NCBI GenBank assembly: GCA_012295275.1
Contig: CM022666.1
Location: 5,208,001-5,272,000 of the forward strand
Direction of reading: 5' to 3'
Length of the DNA stretch: 64,000 nt
DNA from: Chrysomallon squamiferum
Taxonomy: Eukaryota; Animalia; Mollusca
The notes beneath the pieces are model-generated. The model was not told the DNA's origin, searched no databases, and worked only from the letters and a program-made list of their open reading frames with translations. The position numbers were made by a program, and so were the translations under genes. Each line of letters starts with the position of its first letter. Position 1 is the first letter of the stretch. Positions 50,454 through 64,000 of the stretch are shown here, in pieces.

Positions 50454-51238
50454 AAAGAAATTAATTGAAAACCTAACAAAATTACATTCTGATATGTGTG
50501 CATAATTTGTATATTTTAAAGACAGTATGTTAAATATTGCTGTTATATAACCATGTAGATATCATATACTTATATATATACGCCTACATACGTGCACATC
50601 CACACACACACACACACATGTATCATGATTAAGTTTTAATAGTTATGCTCTCGTCCTTCACTGTTTGATTTGCTGTCTAAAAAAATACGACAATAATAAT
50701 GGTAGCTGACTAGAACACTTTTTAAAATCCCCAGTACGTTCGTTATCTTTAAAAAATAGTTTCTACCTGAGCAGTGTTTATAAATAGCTGTTTGCTAAGT
50801 GTTTCCTAGTAATACAGAATGCAGGGCTCACGAGTTCTCGAGTTACCTAACGTATTCTGTCACCGATATCTTATTTGACAACCTGCTTCAATCATGCGAT
50901 TACTGTCATCTCCAGTCCAAATAAACACGTTCAACAACTGAAACGATTATAAAAATAAATGAATAAAAATAAAACTAGAGTGTATTAGGACATTTGAAAT
51001 TAGATAATGTAGATGTTCTTGATTAAAATTTTTGATAATTTATTTGGGGTTAGACTGTTGAATAGTGACTAGTTGAAAAATAACAAACTACCTGGTTAAT
51101 AGTCAGTTGTTAAGTTTTCTTTTCTTTGTTTCTGTTCGTGCACGTACATCACATGTACTTGACGTTGTCTAGTTTCCATCATAAAACAACTCACGGGAAA
51201 CTGAACGAAGCAATATTCTTAAAATAGTTCTGTGTGCG

Positions 51239-51287
<49 letters not shown>

Positions 51288-52405
51288 CTTATTTGTGTTT
51301 TTTTGTTTTTTGTTTGTTGTTCTTTCTTTCTTGATGTTGTTGTTACTTTCTTATTGTTGTTTTGTGTTGAATTTCTTGTTTTTCTTGTTTGTTTGTTTTT
51401 TCCGGCTCACCATTGGACTGATTACATCAACAATTAACTGCAAAGTACTAACCTGACATAATAGTATGTACGTGTGTATAAAATGACATTGTAGATATTA
51501 CAAAAGTCACGTTTTTGACAACACTTCTGTTTATAGGTTTTTCAATGGGATTGGCAGTAGATGACTTCTAAAAAGTTCGTGGGGAAAAAATCTCAGCATG
51601 TGATAGTAGTATTATATCGACTAGTAAAATTTATCTAACACGTGAACAGAAGTAACTCTATGCATTAGAGGCAACAATAACAAAAACCCCATGAACAGAT
51701 TTTTAAATATTCTAAAATAGATTACGATGTGTGCGTGCGTATGTGCGTGTGTGTGCGCGCGCGCATTAATAGTATGTGACTTCTTTGTATTGTTTGGTTT
51801 TTTGTTTATTATTGTCTGCTTTTTTTATTGTTGTTTTTTTTTAGCTTTTTTCCACCTTAACTCTGAATGACAACAGCAGTGTTAATATTAATAATAACAA
51901 GAACTATAAAAATGCTATAACAGTGACAACCAGCAATAAATGCACGTAGTTTATTTGTGAATATTATGCAGCTTTTAATTATTAATTTTGTTTTCATTTT
52001 TCATTCTAAGCATGTCATCCTCTCCATTAGGTTATATTTTCTCACAGCCAATCAAAATGTGATTTGAAGGACAACGGATCATCGGAAAAAAACCCAGTTT
52101 TGAGAAACTTAATTTTCTGTTTGTTTTCAGTTCAATATTATTATCTTCTAAAGTGCAGCTGTCTCTAACACATAATATAAAAATCATTTCGTTAACGAAA
52201 AGGAAGTAAAAGGCAACAAATATTTTTGCAAGATATGTCATTATTTTCCTATAGAATATTCTGTTGTTTGTGTATTATCTGTTGCGCGCTTTTCTGTGTG
52301 TGTGTGTGTGTGTGTGCGCGTGTGTGTGTGTCTGTCTGTGTGTATGTGTGGTTTTATTTATTATTTTACTTTTATTTTTACTAAGGAAAATGAAGTCAAT
52401 TCGTC

Positions 52406-52525
<120 letters not shown>

Positions 52526-52805
52526 TGTGTGTACTATTGATGGTCTGTGTTCAGTAAATCTATACAGTGGATGTTCTACAAACAGTGAATGTGTTCTAGA
52601 GATGTTCTATGTAAAATAAATGTGTGCTGTATTCAGAGAATAAATATTTACATAACAATGATTTTCTATATAAACTGACTGACGAAAGTTAAATGATCAC
52701 TGATTGGTTTATAATGAATAATACAAGTTAAATGGGTGATCCAGTTAAAAAGGATTTTCTTTATACAGTATGTACTCATGCATTAAAATTATCAGAGTAA
52801 TAAAT

Positions 52806-52843
<38 letters not shown>

Positions 52844-54284
52844 CTTTTAAAATTTCCTGTACAATTTGTATGATGAACAATCAATTTATAGCATTTTTTT
52901 GTTTTATCACAATAAGAATTTTCTTTTTAGAAGCATTTCAGAATCGTAAATATTATGATTATTAATTTTATTATGTCTATCGTAATTATGATTAACTTTA
53001 TTACCACTATCATCTTCATCATTATTACTACTGCTATATTATTACTATATAATTATGATTACTAGTATTATTCTTTCTACTACTCCTACTATTTATATTA
53101 GTTCTGCTGCTACTACTACTAATTTATTAAATGTATCATCATCATCATCATCATCATTATAATTAGTATTGTTTGCTGCTGTCGTTGTTGTTAAATAAAG
53201 ACTACTCTATTCGAGGTCACAGTAAGGATTCAAGAAAGCTAAAGAAACACCACACAGAGGTTCTCATTTATTCTTACAGTGACCTTGACATGCTGACTGC
53301 TTACAGGAATGCCGGCGCCACTATTATTTTCACTACGATGTTTTTGACAATCCTACACACCACTCTTTTCTTTATATGTTTTTCTGTGTGATTGGCAGTC
53401 GATGACTTACAGCGCATTCTCGAATGTCAAAAAGTTCGTTGGGGAAAAATCTCAGCATGTGATAATAGTATTATATCAAGTAGTAAAATGTATCGAACAC
53501 GTGGACAGAAGTAAGGCTATACATTAGAGGCAACAATAACAACACCCACATGAACAGATTTATTTATTTATAACAATGATAATGCATTCGTACTTTCTGG
53601 ATCTGTCTGTTAGTAATACGGTTGACATAACTTTATCAACTTAATAACAGAATATACTTGAGATAATAATAAATATTTTTATTTTATTTAAGGTTATAAA
53701 ATGTATGTAATATATGTCTATGTGTCTATGCAGTGTCGACAGCTCCAATGAAGGAAGGAACTAAACTTTCTTGCTGTCTTCGTTCTAAAGAATAATATGC
53801 TAAAACTATCTGTGAGTATTCAAAGCCTGACAAACATAAAAAAAAATCGCTGCTCTGGTAGTATCTATTAAACAAAAGTATGAACACATGCATAATCTAA
53901 TAAGAAAGCATATATATGTATACACCCTTTATTGTACACACGAACACAACAAACACAAGACATTTTTAAAACTGTATTCAGTTTAGCAGTAAACAATAAT
54001 ATAGATGAATAGAATGATTCTAATCGGTCACAACAACCACGTAAGGATTAATACAGAACAACAAACAGATACATAACTAGTTACACAGTGCGCTCAGTGG
54101 ACAGCGACCGATACCAGGAATTGTTCCACAGTTCTTCTCTATCAAACAAAAAACAAAACAAAACACAAATATCTCGGTTCTTTTATGAAAAAGGGACTCA
54201 CGTTATTTATCAAGGTCTTCCCGACCTTGCAGCTTGATAAGCAACAAGGGCCATTTATACCTACCAGTCCGAGGTGATACTTAG

Positions 54285-54550
54285 TCCCGAAAAGAATCAC
54301 AATTTTCAATTAACAAATATATTAGCAGTGAAGGATACATTAAACACATTTTGTCAATGTTCTTTGATTTTAATGTTGATGGCTTAAGCTGATGTTCCAC
54401 TCGATATCACGAAGAAATTCTGCCGCATCATACACGAACACTTCATAACATATTCTGATACCACCCTTATTACTATGAATAACTTCCATATTAAACATAC
54501 TTCTGATACTAGAGCAAGCTGGAGAACATACAGCGAAACACATTTTAACT
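54285..54550 (-). mobile_element. MULE relic, copy 2
   Basis: Minus ORF 54489-54370 MEVIHSNKGGIRICYEVFVYDAAEFLRDIEWNISLSHQH. Confidence 0.55.
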
Positions 54551-54778
54551 GGAAATAAGACAAAAGTTGCAGAATAATATAATTTAAACATTCAGAATAC
54601 AGTATTATTCCAGTACATTACATATCATGTAGTTTATATTTACAGGGAGACAGTATTAAATATTATATAAATAAGTACAGTACATACCATGTAATTTATA
54701 TATCCAGGAATATAGTATTAAATAATATATAATTAAGTACAGTACATACCATGTAATCTATACGTCCAGAGATACGTT

Positions 54779-55279
54779 GTTAAAGACTAATAGACTGCAG
54801 TACATTCCATGTAATTTATGTATCCCGTATTAAAGATTAATATACTGCAGTATATACCATGTAATTTATGTATCCAGTATTAAAGATTAATAGACTGCAG
54901 TACATTCCATGTAATTTATGTATCCAATATTAAAGATTAATAGACTGCAGTACATTGCATGTAATTTATGTATCCCGTATTAAAGATTAATAGACTGCAG
55001 TATATACCATGTAATTTATGTATCCAGTATTAAAGATTAATAGACTGCAGTACATTCCATGTAATTTATGTATCCCGTATTAAAGATTAATAGACTGCAG
55101 TACATACCATGTAATTTATATATCCAGTATTAAAGATTAATAGAGTGCAGTACATACCATGTAATTTATGTATCCAGTATTAAAGATTAATAGACTGCAG
55201 TATATACTATGTAATTTATGTATCCAATATTAAAGATTAATACAGTGCAATACATACCATGTAATTTATGTATCCAGGA
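54779..55279. repeat. Homogeneous 50-bp minisatellite, about 10 units
   Basis: ATTAAAGATTAATAGACTGCAGTACATACCATGTAATTTATGTATCCAGT repeated with exact period 50. Confidence 0.9.
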
Positions 55280-57034
55280 ATATAGTATTAAATAATATAT
55301 AATAAAATACAGTACATACCATGTAATTTATATATTCAAAGATATAATATTACAGATTCAGTATTGCAAATAATATGTATTCTGTGTATCATTTTATAAA
55401 TAATTGAGGTCCTGTGGTGTAGAGTATAAATGAATACATTAATGTGTATATCCACGGACATAATTATTACAGTACATATCATGTAATTTATAAATCAAAG
55501 GATATAATATTAAAGATTCAGCATGTACATGTACAGTGAATGTTCTTGTATGGTAGATGTTCTGTACACAATGGATGTTCTGCTGTAGATGTTCTATGTA
55601 CAAAGATATTTTTGTACAGCAGATATCCTAAACATGTACATTTGTGGATGTTGTAAATATAATTAATGTTAAGTGATAATCAATACTCCATGCATAATGG
55701 CTTTTCTTTGTACAGTGAATATGTAATGTATGTACTATTGGTCTGTGTTCAGTAAATCTGTACAGTGGATGTTCTACAAACACTGAATGTGTTCTAGAGA
55801 TGTTCTATGTAAAATGAATGTGTACTGTATTCAGTGAATGAAAATTTACATATTATTGTTTTTCTATATAAACTGACTGATGAAAGTGAAATGTTCACTG
55901 ATTGGTTTAAAATGAATAATACAAGTTAAGTATTCTTTATGCAGTATGTACTCATGGAGTGAAATTATGAAAGTAATAAATGTTTATATATATGTTACAT
56001 GTGAAATGTTATGTTAAATTTGCATAATAAATAATCGATTTAAGATATTTTGTTTTGTCAGAATACGATTTTTGTTTTTTAGAAGTATTTCAAAATCGTA
56101 ACTATTAGGATTAGTAGTTTTATTATCACTATCATTATCATCATTATTAATTTTATTATCATTTTCATCATCATCATTATCAATTTTTATTATCAGTATA
56201 ATCATCATTAAGTTTAATACCACTATGATCTTCATCATTGTTACTATTTTATCTACTATTACTATATAATCATCATTATTAGGATTATTCTTACTATTAG
56301 TATTACTATTTATATTAGTGATGCTGTTGCTGGTACTACTACTAAATTTATCACCATCATCATCATCATCATCATCATCATTATTACTGTTAACTGTTAT
56401 CATTGTTGTCAAATAAAGACTACAGTGATACCTCTGGTCACCTGTTCATAATTTATATTTACTTTAAAAGTAGTAAAAATGTCTTGTTGTGCATTTGTCA
56501 TTTTCTTCTTATTTTTTCTTTCTTTGTTTCTTCGATTGTTTGTTTCTTTTTTGTTGTTGTTGTAGTAACAAGTAAAATTAATGAGATCATTTTTCAACTC
56601 ACTTTTCGCTTCTACACCAGTCAGCAACATGATTTAATTTTTATTTTATAAAGCAAAATGTGTATGCTTTATAGACTATGTAAAATACAGCTGTTTTATA
56701 ATATGTACTTATATACGTGCACATTCAAACACATATATCAAGATTACCTTTTAATTGTTAAGCAGTCGTCCTTAACACCGACGACAATAATGGTAGGTCA
56801 CTGGAACACCTTTTAGAATGCCGAGTGCATTGTCTTTAAAAGTAGGTCTGCCCGAGTAGTGTTTTTAAATAGGTGTTTTCTAAGTGGCTCAGCTGATTCA
56901 AAATGCCCGGTCAACGTGTTCACTCTGAGGCCCGGTCTACAATAAAATCACTATCTGTGAAATGTTTATCTAATGTGTAATTGATATCTCATTCTCTACC
57001 AAGTTCATTGTCGTGAGTACTATTATCTCTAGAC

Positions 57035-58793
57035 CAGTGGTTCCCCATGATTTTAGTACTATGCTCCACTTTTTTATCACAAATGTCTTCATGTCCCCAC
57101 CCGTTAATTGTTTAATATGATATAACAACATCAGTTTTGAAGAAGTATAACATGAAAAATTGTATCTTTCAAATAAAACTAAAGATTTTAACTTCAAATT
57201 TAATCAAATAAAGTCCATTTTATAATGTGTCTAACATATCTACCATCAGATTAAATAAATTCAATTACAATCAATTAATGAGACCCTTGAGCCTGATGTC
57301 TACTGCAAAGAGATTTTATCCGAGGCAGAAATTTGGTTAATTTCAATCTCAAGTCGCCTCGTTTAGTGATATCCTGTCGGTTTCTTTTCTTCAGTAATAA
57401 GTATTCACAACACTAAATCCACATTCCACTAAGTATGACGATGGGAATGGTAACAGTAGTTTTCTTGTCAAACTACTTGTATTTGGATATTTAACTTGTG
57501 TTTCTTCACAGAGCCACATTATTGTTCCTTTTATTTTGAACAGGGCTTTGATTAAGTATCATCATTTTGTAATTCTGAAAGTTCTCCTTGATACTCCATG
57601 GTTACATCTGACAGATCCACTAGCAATGCCTGAGTCATCCAAGATGGATAATTAATTTCTTTCAAATCAGAAAATCTGAAGTTGAAATCGCTTACCATTA
57701 TTTTTAAGTGCTCCACAATAACAAGACAAGTAGCATCTGTTACCTCACATTTATTCAGCCAATAAAATTGTTCAAATTTTTTGACAGAAATATTTTCTTG
57801 GGATAATTCCAGAAATGATATAAAGACAAATATCTTGGCCTTTGAATTAATAAGTGTCATATTTGTTCCTTGGAGCTCCTTATTTAAGACATTGAGTTTT
57901 TCAACTATATCTGCTAAATAACTGACAAGTGCTTTCCCATAAACTGTCAGTAACAGAGTCACATAAGGTTTGTCATCCAAGAACTCACTAAGAATATCAA
58001 ATAATTCCATGAAACTTTTCAGGCAATTCCCCTTTGATAACCACTTTACATCAGTATGAAGTAATAATCTTACATAGTCTGCATTTTGATCCTTGCAAAA
58101 TTGTTTGAAAAGACGCTCACATTTATAGTGTTGACACATTTTATAAATGCATTCAATGTCTCGTTTAGAACAGGGGAAACTTTTTTGGAAACTAAATTTT
58201 GTCTATGAATAACACAATGCACTAACAACATTTGGGGATTGTCGTCATTCAACAGTTTTAAAACTCCATTTTTCTTGCCCATCATCACTGGAGCACCGTC
58301 TGCAGCACAACATATAATGTTCTCCATTGGTATCTGCTTATCATCTAAATATGTTTTTAATTTCTTATATATATCAATTACAATAGTAGTGGTTTCTAAT
58401 GCTTCGCAAAATAGCATATCCTCAATAAATTCTCCATTATCAACATATCTTACATAGGCCATTAACAGAGCTTCACTATCTCTTACAGTTGATTCGTCCA
58501 ACTGTATTGAAATTTTTGTATTTTTTAATTTTTCAACAAGTTGTACTTCTACATCACAACTCATTTCATCAATCCTGCTACTAACAGTATTATTACTGAA
58601 CGGCATGCTTTTGAGATCTTGGTCATCTTTTTCAAGAACTACTTTCAGAAAAGTTTACCCTATAAATTTATACTTTTTACCCATATAGGGCAAAATAAAA
58701 TAAAATGTTGATATTACTATATTTTTCATATTGCCCCCCTATTATTATTGAATTGATCCCAGTGGGGCGTAGGCCCCACGTTCAGAATCACTG
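57035..58793 (-). mobile_element. hAT DNA transposon (Buster/Charlie type, ZBED8/SCAND3-like transposase), internally deleted and frameshifted
   Basis: TSD CTCTAGAC at 57027-57034 and 58794-58801; TIRs CAGTGGTTCC / CAGTGATTCT; empty sites in paralogous blocks (~18957, ~40430). Transposase pieces 58606-58070 (QLDEST, ADGAP, HCVIH), 58139-57552 (VKWLS) and ~57550-57280 (PFPSSYLVECGFS, HQAQGSH*). N-terminal BED finger missing. Confidence 0.93.
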
Positions 58794-60321
58794 CTCTAGA
58801 CCATAGAAATACGTCGAACAACAGACACAATTTTTAAAAATAAACAAATATAAATAAGTAGTTTTTGTCTGTCATGGAATAATCCAATGCGACTTCGTGG
58901 ATCTTGTGTAGATATATACTGTAGTGCATAGCTGTAGTGTATTAGGACATTTGAAATTAGATAATGTAGATGTTCTGGATTAAATAATATTATAATTTAT
59001 TTAGGGTTAGACTACTGAAGAGTGATTGAATAAAAAATAACAAACTACCTGGTTAATAGTCAGTTGTTACGTTTTCCTTTGTTTGTTTCTGTTCGTACAC
59101 GTACATCACATCTACTTGACGTAGTCTAGTTTCTATCATAAAAACAACTCATGGCAAACTGAACAAATCAATATTCTTAAAATAGATCACTGTATGTGTG
59201 TGTGACTTATTTGTATTGTTTTTTGTTTCTTTCTTGTTTGTTGTTCTTCCTTTGTTCTTCTTGTTGTTTCTTTCTTATTGTTGTTTTGTTTTGAATTTCT
59301 TGTTTATTTGTTTTTTCCGGCTCACCTGTGCTCTGATTAGATCAACAATTAACTGCAAAGTACTAAACTTACATAATAGTATGTACGTGTGTATCAAATA
59401 ACATTGTGGATATTACAAAAGTCACGTTTTTGACAACACTTCTGTTTATAGGTTTTTCAATGTGATTCGCAGTGGATGACTTCCAGCGCATTCGCGAATG
59501 TCTAAAAGTTCGTAGGTTACAAATCTCAGCGTGTGATAGTAGTATTATATCAATTAGTAATATTTATCGAACACGTGAACAGAAGTAACTCTATACATTA
59601 GAGGCAACAATAACAACAACCACAACATCAGATTTATTTATTTATAACAATGTTAATGCATTCGTACTTTCTCGATCTGTCTATTAGTAATACGGGTGAC
59701 ATAACTTTATCAACTTAATAACAGAATATACTTGAGATTATAATAAATATTTTAATTTAATTAATTTTATAAAATGTATGTAATATATGTCTATGTGTCT
59801 ATGCAGTGTCGACAGCTCCAATGAAGGAAGGAACTAAACTTTGTTTCTGTCTTCGTGCTAAAGAATAATATGCTAAAATGATCTGTGAGTATTCAAAGCC
59901 TGACAAACATAAAAACAAAAAATCCCTTCACTGGTCATATCTATTAAACAAAAGTGTGAACACATGCATAATCTAATAAGAAAGCATATATATGTATACA
60001 CCCTTTATTGTACACTAGAACACAACAAACACAATACACCTTTAAAACTGTATTCAATATAGAAGTAAAGAATACAATAGATGGATAGAATAATTATAAT
60101 CGGTCACAACAATCACGTAAGGATTAATACAGAAGAGAAAACAGATACATATCTAGTTACACAGTGCGTTCAGTGGAAAGCGACCTTTACAAGGAATGGT
60201 TCCACAGTTCTTCCCTATCCAAACAAAAAATATCTCGGTTCTTTTATTAAAAAGGGACTCACATTATTTGTCAACGTGTTCCCGACCTTCAAGTTTGACG
60301 TGTGTTGGAGATGATAATTAT

Positions 60322-60600
60322 TCCCGAAAAGAAGTCATAATTTATAATTATGAAATATATTAGCAATGAAAGATAGATTAAACACATTTTGTCCGAGTTT
60401 TTGTTAATGTTCTTTGATTTTAATGTTGATGGTTTAGGCTGATGTTCCACCCGATATCACGAAGAAATTCTGCGGCAGCATACACGAACCCTTCATAACA
60501 GATTTTGATATCACCCTTATTGATATGAATAATATCCATATTAAATATATTTCTGATACTAGAGCAAGCTGGAGAATATACAGTGAAACACATTTTAACT
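60322..60600 (-). mobile_element. MULE relic, copy 3
   Basis: Minus ORF 60539-60420 MDIIHINKGDIKICYEGFVYAAAEFLRDIGWNISLNHQH. Confidence 0.55.
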
Positions 60601-60935
60601 GGAAATAAGACAAAAGTTGCAGTTTAACATAATTTAAACATCCTGAATACAGTATTATTCCAGTACATTACATATCATGTAACTTATATATCTAGGGATA
60701 TAGTATTAAAGATTAATAGAGTACAGTACATACCATGTAATTTATGTACAAAGTGATACAGTATTATTCCAGTACGGTAACCTTAAAGATAGTTACAATA
60801 CAGTATATATCCTGTAATTTACAAATCAAAGGATGTAATATTAAAGATTCAGCTTAGCAAACACCATGTATTCAGTGTATGATATTATAAAACTGACATA
60901 CTGTGATGTAAAATATACAATGTATTAATTTTCAG

Positions 60936-61309
60936 AACGGATTCATAGACCTCCAAGCTGAAATAATAATTTTTATTATTATTATTATAGTTGTTAATGT
61001 TGTTGTTGTTGCTGTTGTTTGTAGCAATTTATTCATTCATTTATTTATTTATTTGGTTTCTGATCATTATAGTTACTTTAGTGTTATGATTATGAGTTAA
61101 ATTATTGATTTGTTAAATTAGTCACACACACACATACACACACACATGCACACACGCACACACAGACATATTATATTTGGACTAATCTTATCCCATGAAA
61201 TTTATTCATTTATTTACTCTCTCTTTTTCATCTTTTAACAGATCTGCTTTTTGTCAGGCTAAGAATAATTTTTGAAACCAGCGAGGATCAGACAATGAAA
61301 GATACATGA
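60936..61309 (+). pseudogene. Gene B relic (first codons of large exon; frameshifted terminal exon from 61242)
   Basis: TTTCAG|AACGGATTCATAGACCTCCAAGCTGAAAT then truncation; terminal exon has an extra T. Confidence 0.6.
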
Positions 61310-61907
61310 AAAGAAATTAATTTAAACCTAACAAAATTACATTCTGATATGTGTGCATAATTTGTATATTTTATAGACAGTATGTTAAATATTGCTGTTA
61401 TATAACCATGTACATATCATATACTTATACAGATACGCCTACATACGTGCTCATCTACACATACACACATGTATCATGATTAAGTTTTAATAGTTATGCT
61501 CTCGGCCTTCACTGTTTGATTTGCTGTCCAAAAAAATACGACAGTAATAACAAAGGTAGCTGACTAGAAAACTTTTAAAAATCCCCAGTACACTCGTTAT
61601 CTTTAACAGTAGTTTCTACCCGAGCAGTGTTTATAAATAGCTGTTTGCTAAGTGTTTCCTAGTAATACAGAATGCAGGGCACACGAGTTCTCGAGTTACC
61701 TAACGTGTGATTGTCCCACTCTCTTATTTCACAACCTGCTTCAGTCACGTGATTACTGTTATCTCCAGTCCAAATAAACACGTCCAACAACTGAAACGAT
61801 TTTAAATATAAATGAATAAAAATAAAAATATTGTTTTCTGTCATGGAATAATCCAATTTTTATAACTGTGCGCCTTCGTGGATCTTGTGTAGATACATAC
61901 TATAGTG

Positions 61908-64000
61908 AAGTGGTGGCCAAACTACGGCCCGCGGGCCGCATCCGGCCCCCAGTCCTGTTTCATCCGGCCCGCCAAACACCTTGCCTTGTTTTTCCAAGCA
62001 CCATATTTACCACTGTGAACAAGCAGTGCAACAGCGCTGGCTGCTACTAGCAGTAGCTTGTGGCAAGCGTTGTTATTTTTAGAATAAATGCCCTTGCAGC
62101 GTTATTTTTAGAACAGTCTGCCAACCATGACGTAAGTAGCTAACATAGCCTGTATGTACTCTTTTTCACATCCCTTTGGCCTACTAGCCTACTTTGTAAG
62201 AAATCAGGAAGTTAATTGTTCCAGCTTTGACTTTCAGTATTTTACTGAGCATGTAAGAGACAATACGCACATTGGATTTTCTTCTCAGAAGCAGCAATAA
62301 ATTTTTTTTTCTCTACCTTATCAGTTAAAATGTCTCCAACGAAAAAGAGAAAAGTAGATGATGAATGCCGAGTTTTTAAGGAGGAATGGACATATCAATA
62401 TTTTTTCACTGCGGTAAATGGTAAAGCAGCGTGTTTAATTTGTAATGAGGGAATATCAGTTTTTAAAGAATATAATTTGAAAAGACACTATAATACAAAA
62501 CACGCTGGATACAGTGAAGGACTATCAACAGAGCAAAAGGTTAATAAAGCTGCTGATATGGTGAAAAATCTAATAAAGCAACAGTCGCTTTTTTCAAAGA
62601 CACAATCCATTCGCATTTCAGCAACAGAAGCTAGTTTTTATATTAGTTACAAAATTGCACAATGCAAAAAACCTTTTTCTGATGGAGAATTTGTAAAAGA
62701 CTGCATTGTGGATGCGGCACGCATACTTTGTCCAGAAGCACAGAATAAATTTGAGAATATTGCACTATCAAGGAATACAGTTATGAGAAGGGTACAAGAT
62801 ATCAGCAAAGATTTGTCCCAACAGCTTCACACTGCTTGCACTGATTTCATGTGGTTTTCATTAGCTCTGGATGAAAGCAATGATGTTCAGGACATTGCAC
62901 AACTCATGATATTTATACGTGGTATCAAGTCAGATTTTACAATTTCAGAGGAGTTGTTATCAGTTGAACCTTTAAAAGGCACAACTACGGGGGAAGACCT
63001 GTGTAAATGTGTAATAAAGTGTGTGGAGGAGGCTGGCCTGCCGAGGAATAAATTGGTGAGTATCACTACTGACGGTGCACCTGCTCTAACTGGAAAAAAC
63101 AAAGGCATGATTAGCCTCCTACAAAAGAAGATTAAAGAAAACTGTCCTCAGCATGAAATATGGAAATTTCATTGTATCATTCATCAAGAAAGTTTATGCA
63201 AGTCAGCTCTGGATTTTAATCATGTGATACGTCCTGTAGTTGAAGTAGTTAATCTACTCAGATCCAGACCATTATCACACAGACAATTCAAGACATTACT
63301 GGATGATATTGAGACTGAATATAAAGATGTGCTATATCACAATAGTGTTCGGTGGCTTAGTCATGGGAAAGTTCTAAGAAGAGTCTTTGAACTAAGAGAC
63401 GAAATTCTCCTTTTCCTTGATATCAAACAAATGAAATGTTATTTTATAGAGAAGATGAAAAATGATTACTGGCTTTGTGATTTTATGTTTGCCACTGAAA
63501 TGTTTGAAAAGCTCAATTCTCTAAATTTGGAATTGCAAGGAAAAGGATTATTTGTGCATGATATGTACACCAAAGTAAAGCTTTTGAGGCAAAACTCTCA
63601 CTTTTTGCCAAACAGATATCAGAATGTAATTTTATTCATTTTTTTCTTTGCTAAGGAAGGCAACAGTAGATAGTAAACTTGCTGAAAAATACAGCAATCA
63701 ACTCTGCATCTTGAAACAAGAATTCCAAAGAAGATTTTCAGACTTCAGAGTAATGGATTCATCATTTAATATACTTGTTTCACCCTTCAGTACAGAAATT
63801 GAGACAGCCCCTGATGTTCTTCAGCTGGAACTAATAGATCTACAAGCTAATAATGAGCTGAAAATGAAGTTTAGGAATATGCCTTTGGTAGAATTTTTCA
63901 AATATTTGCCTGCTGAAAAGTTTATCAATCTACGAGGTTTTGCTGCTAGGATGCTGTGTATATTTGGATCAACTTATATTTGTGAACAGACTTTTTCATG
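61908..64000 (+). mobile_element. hAT DNA transposon (Buster/Charlie type, SPIN/OC1/GTF2IRD2-like), runs off the window end
   Basis: Left end AAGTGGTGGCCAAACTACGGCCCGCGGGCC interrupts a repeat block after CTATAGTG (61900-61907, central TA); the empty site CTGTAGTG is seen at ~58919 and ~40568. Confidence 0.9.
62330..64000 (+). CDS. hAT transposase with two apparent -1 frameshifts (~63580 and ~63645), incomplete at window end
   Basis: NLS KKRK, BED-like CLIC...RHYNTKH, ALDESND, TTDGAP, HCIIH, VRWLS. Continues in shifted frames as AFEAKLSLFAKQI...IHF, then ...EFQRRFSDF...LQLELIDLQ...FGSTYICEQTFS. Confidence 0.88.

Noticed and set aside
54779-55279. CRISPR-like regular array
   Set aside because: Units are contiguous with no unique spacers, there are no cas genes, and the context is eukaryotic; it is a minisatellite.

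Overview
AT-rich, microsatellite-dense, intron-containing animal DNA (invertebrate, plausibly a mollusc; taxon is inference). Most ORFs in the supplied track are low-complexity artefacts, and the real genes appear only after manual splicing. (1) Two intact 5-coding-exon TNF-superfamily ligand genes on + (2393-4334 and 29835-31768, 280 aa each, 27 aa differences) and a truncated third copy (25618-25964). (2) An unnamed multi-pass membrane protein gene ('gene B', weakly DC-STAMP/OC-STAMP-like), present as two near-complete but lesioned copies and many exon relics downstream of each TNF. (3) Two intact in-frame exons of an SLC1/EAAT amino-acid transporter on the minus strand (25337-24696). (4) DNA transposons: two Buster/Charlie-type hAT elements, an hAT MITE and three copies of an internally deleted MULE. 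All of this sits in a patchwork of low-copy segmental duplications and minisatellites. No prokaryotic-type system (CRISPR, operon, rRNA/tRNA) is visible. The best leads are the apparently diversifying TNF pair and its co-duplicated uncharacterised membrane gene. All counts were made by eye and need alignment to confirm.
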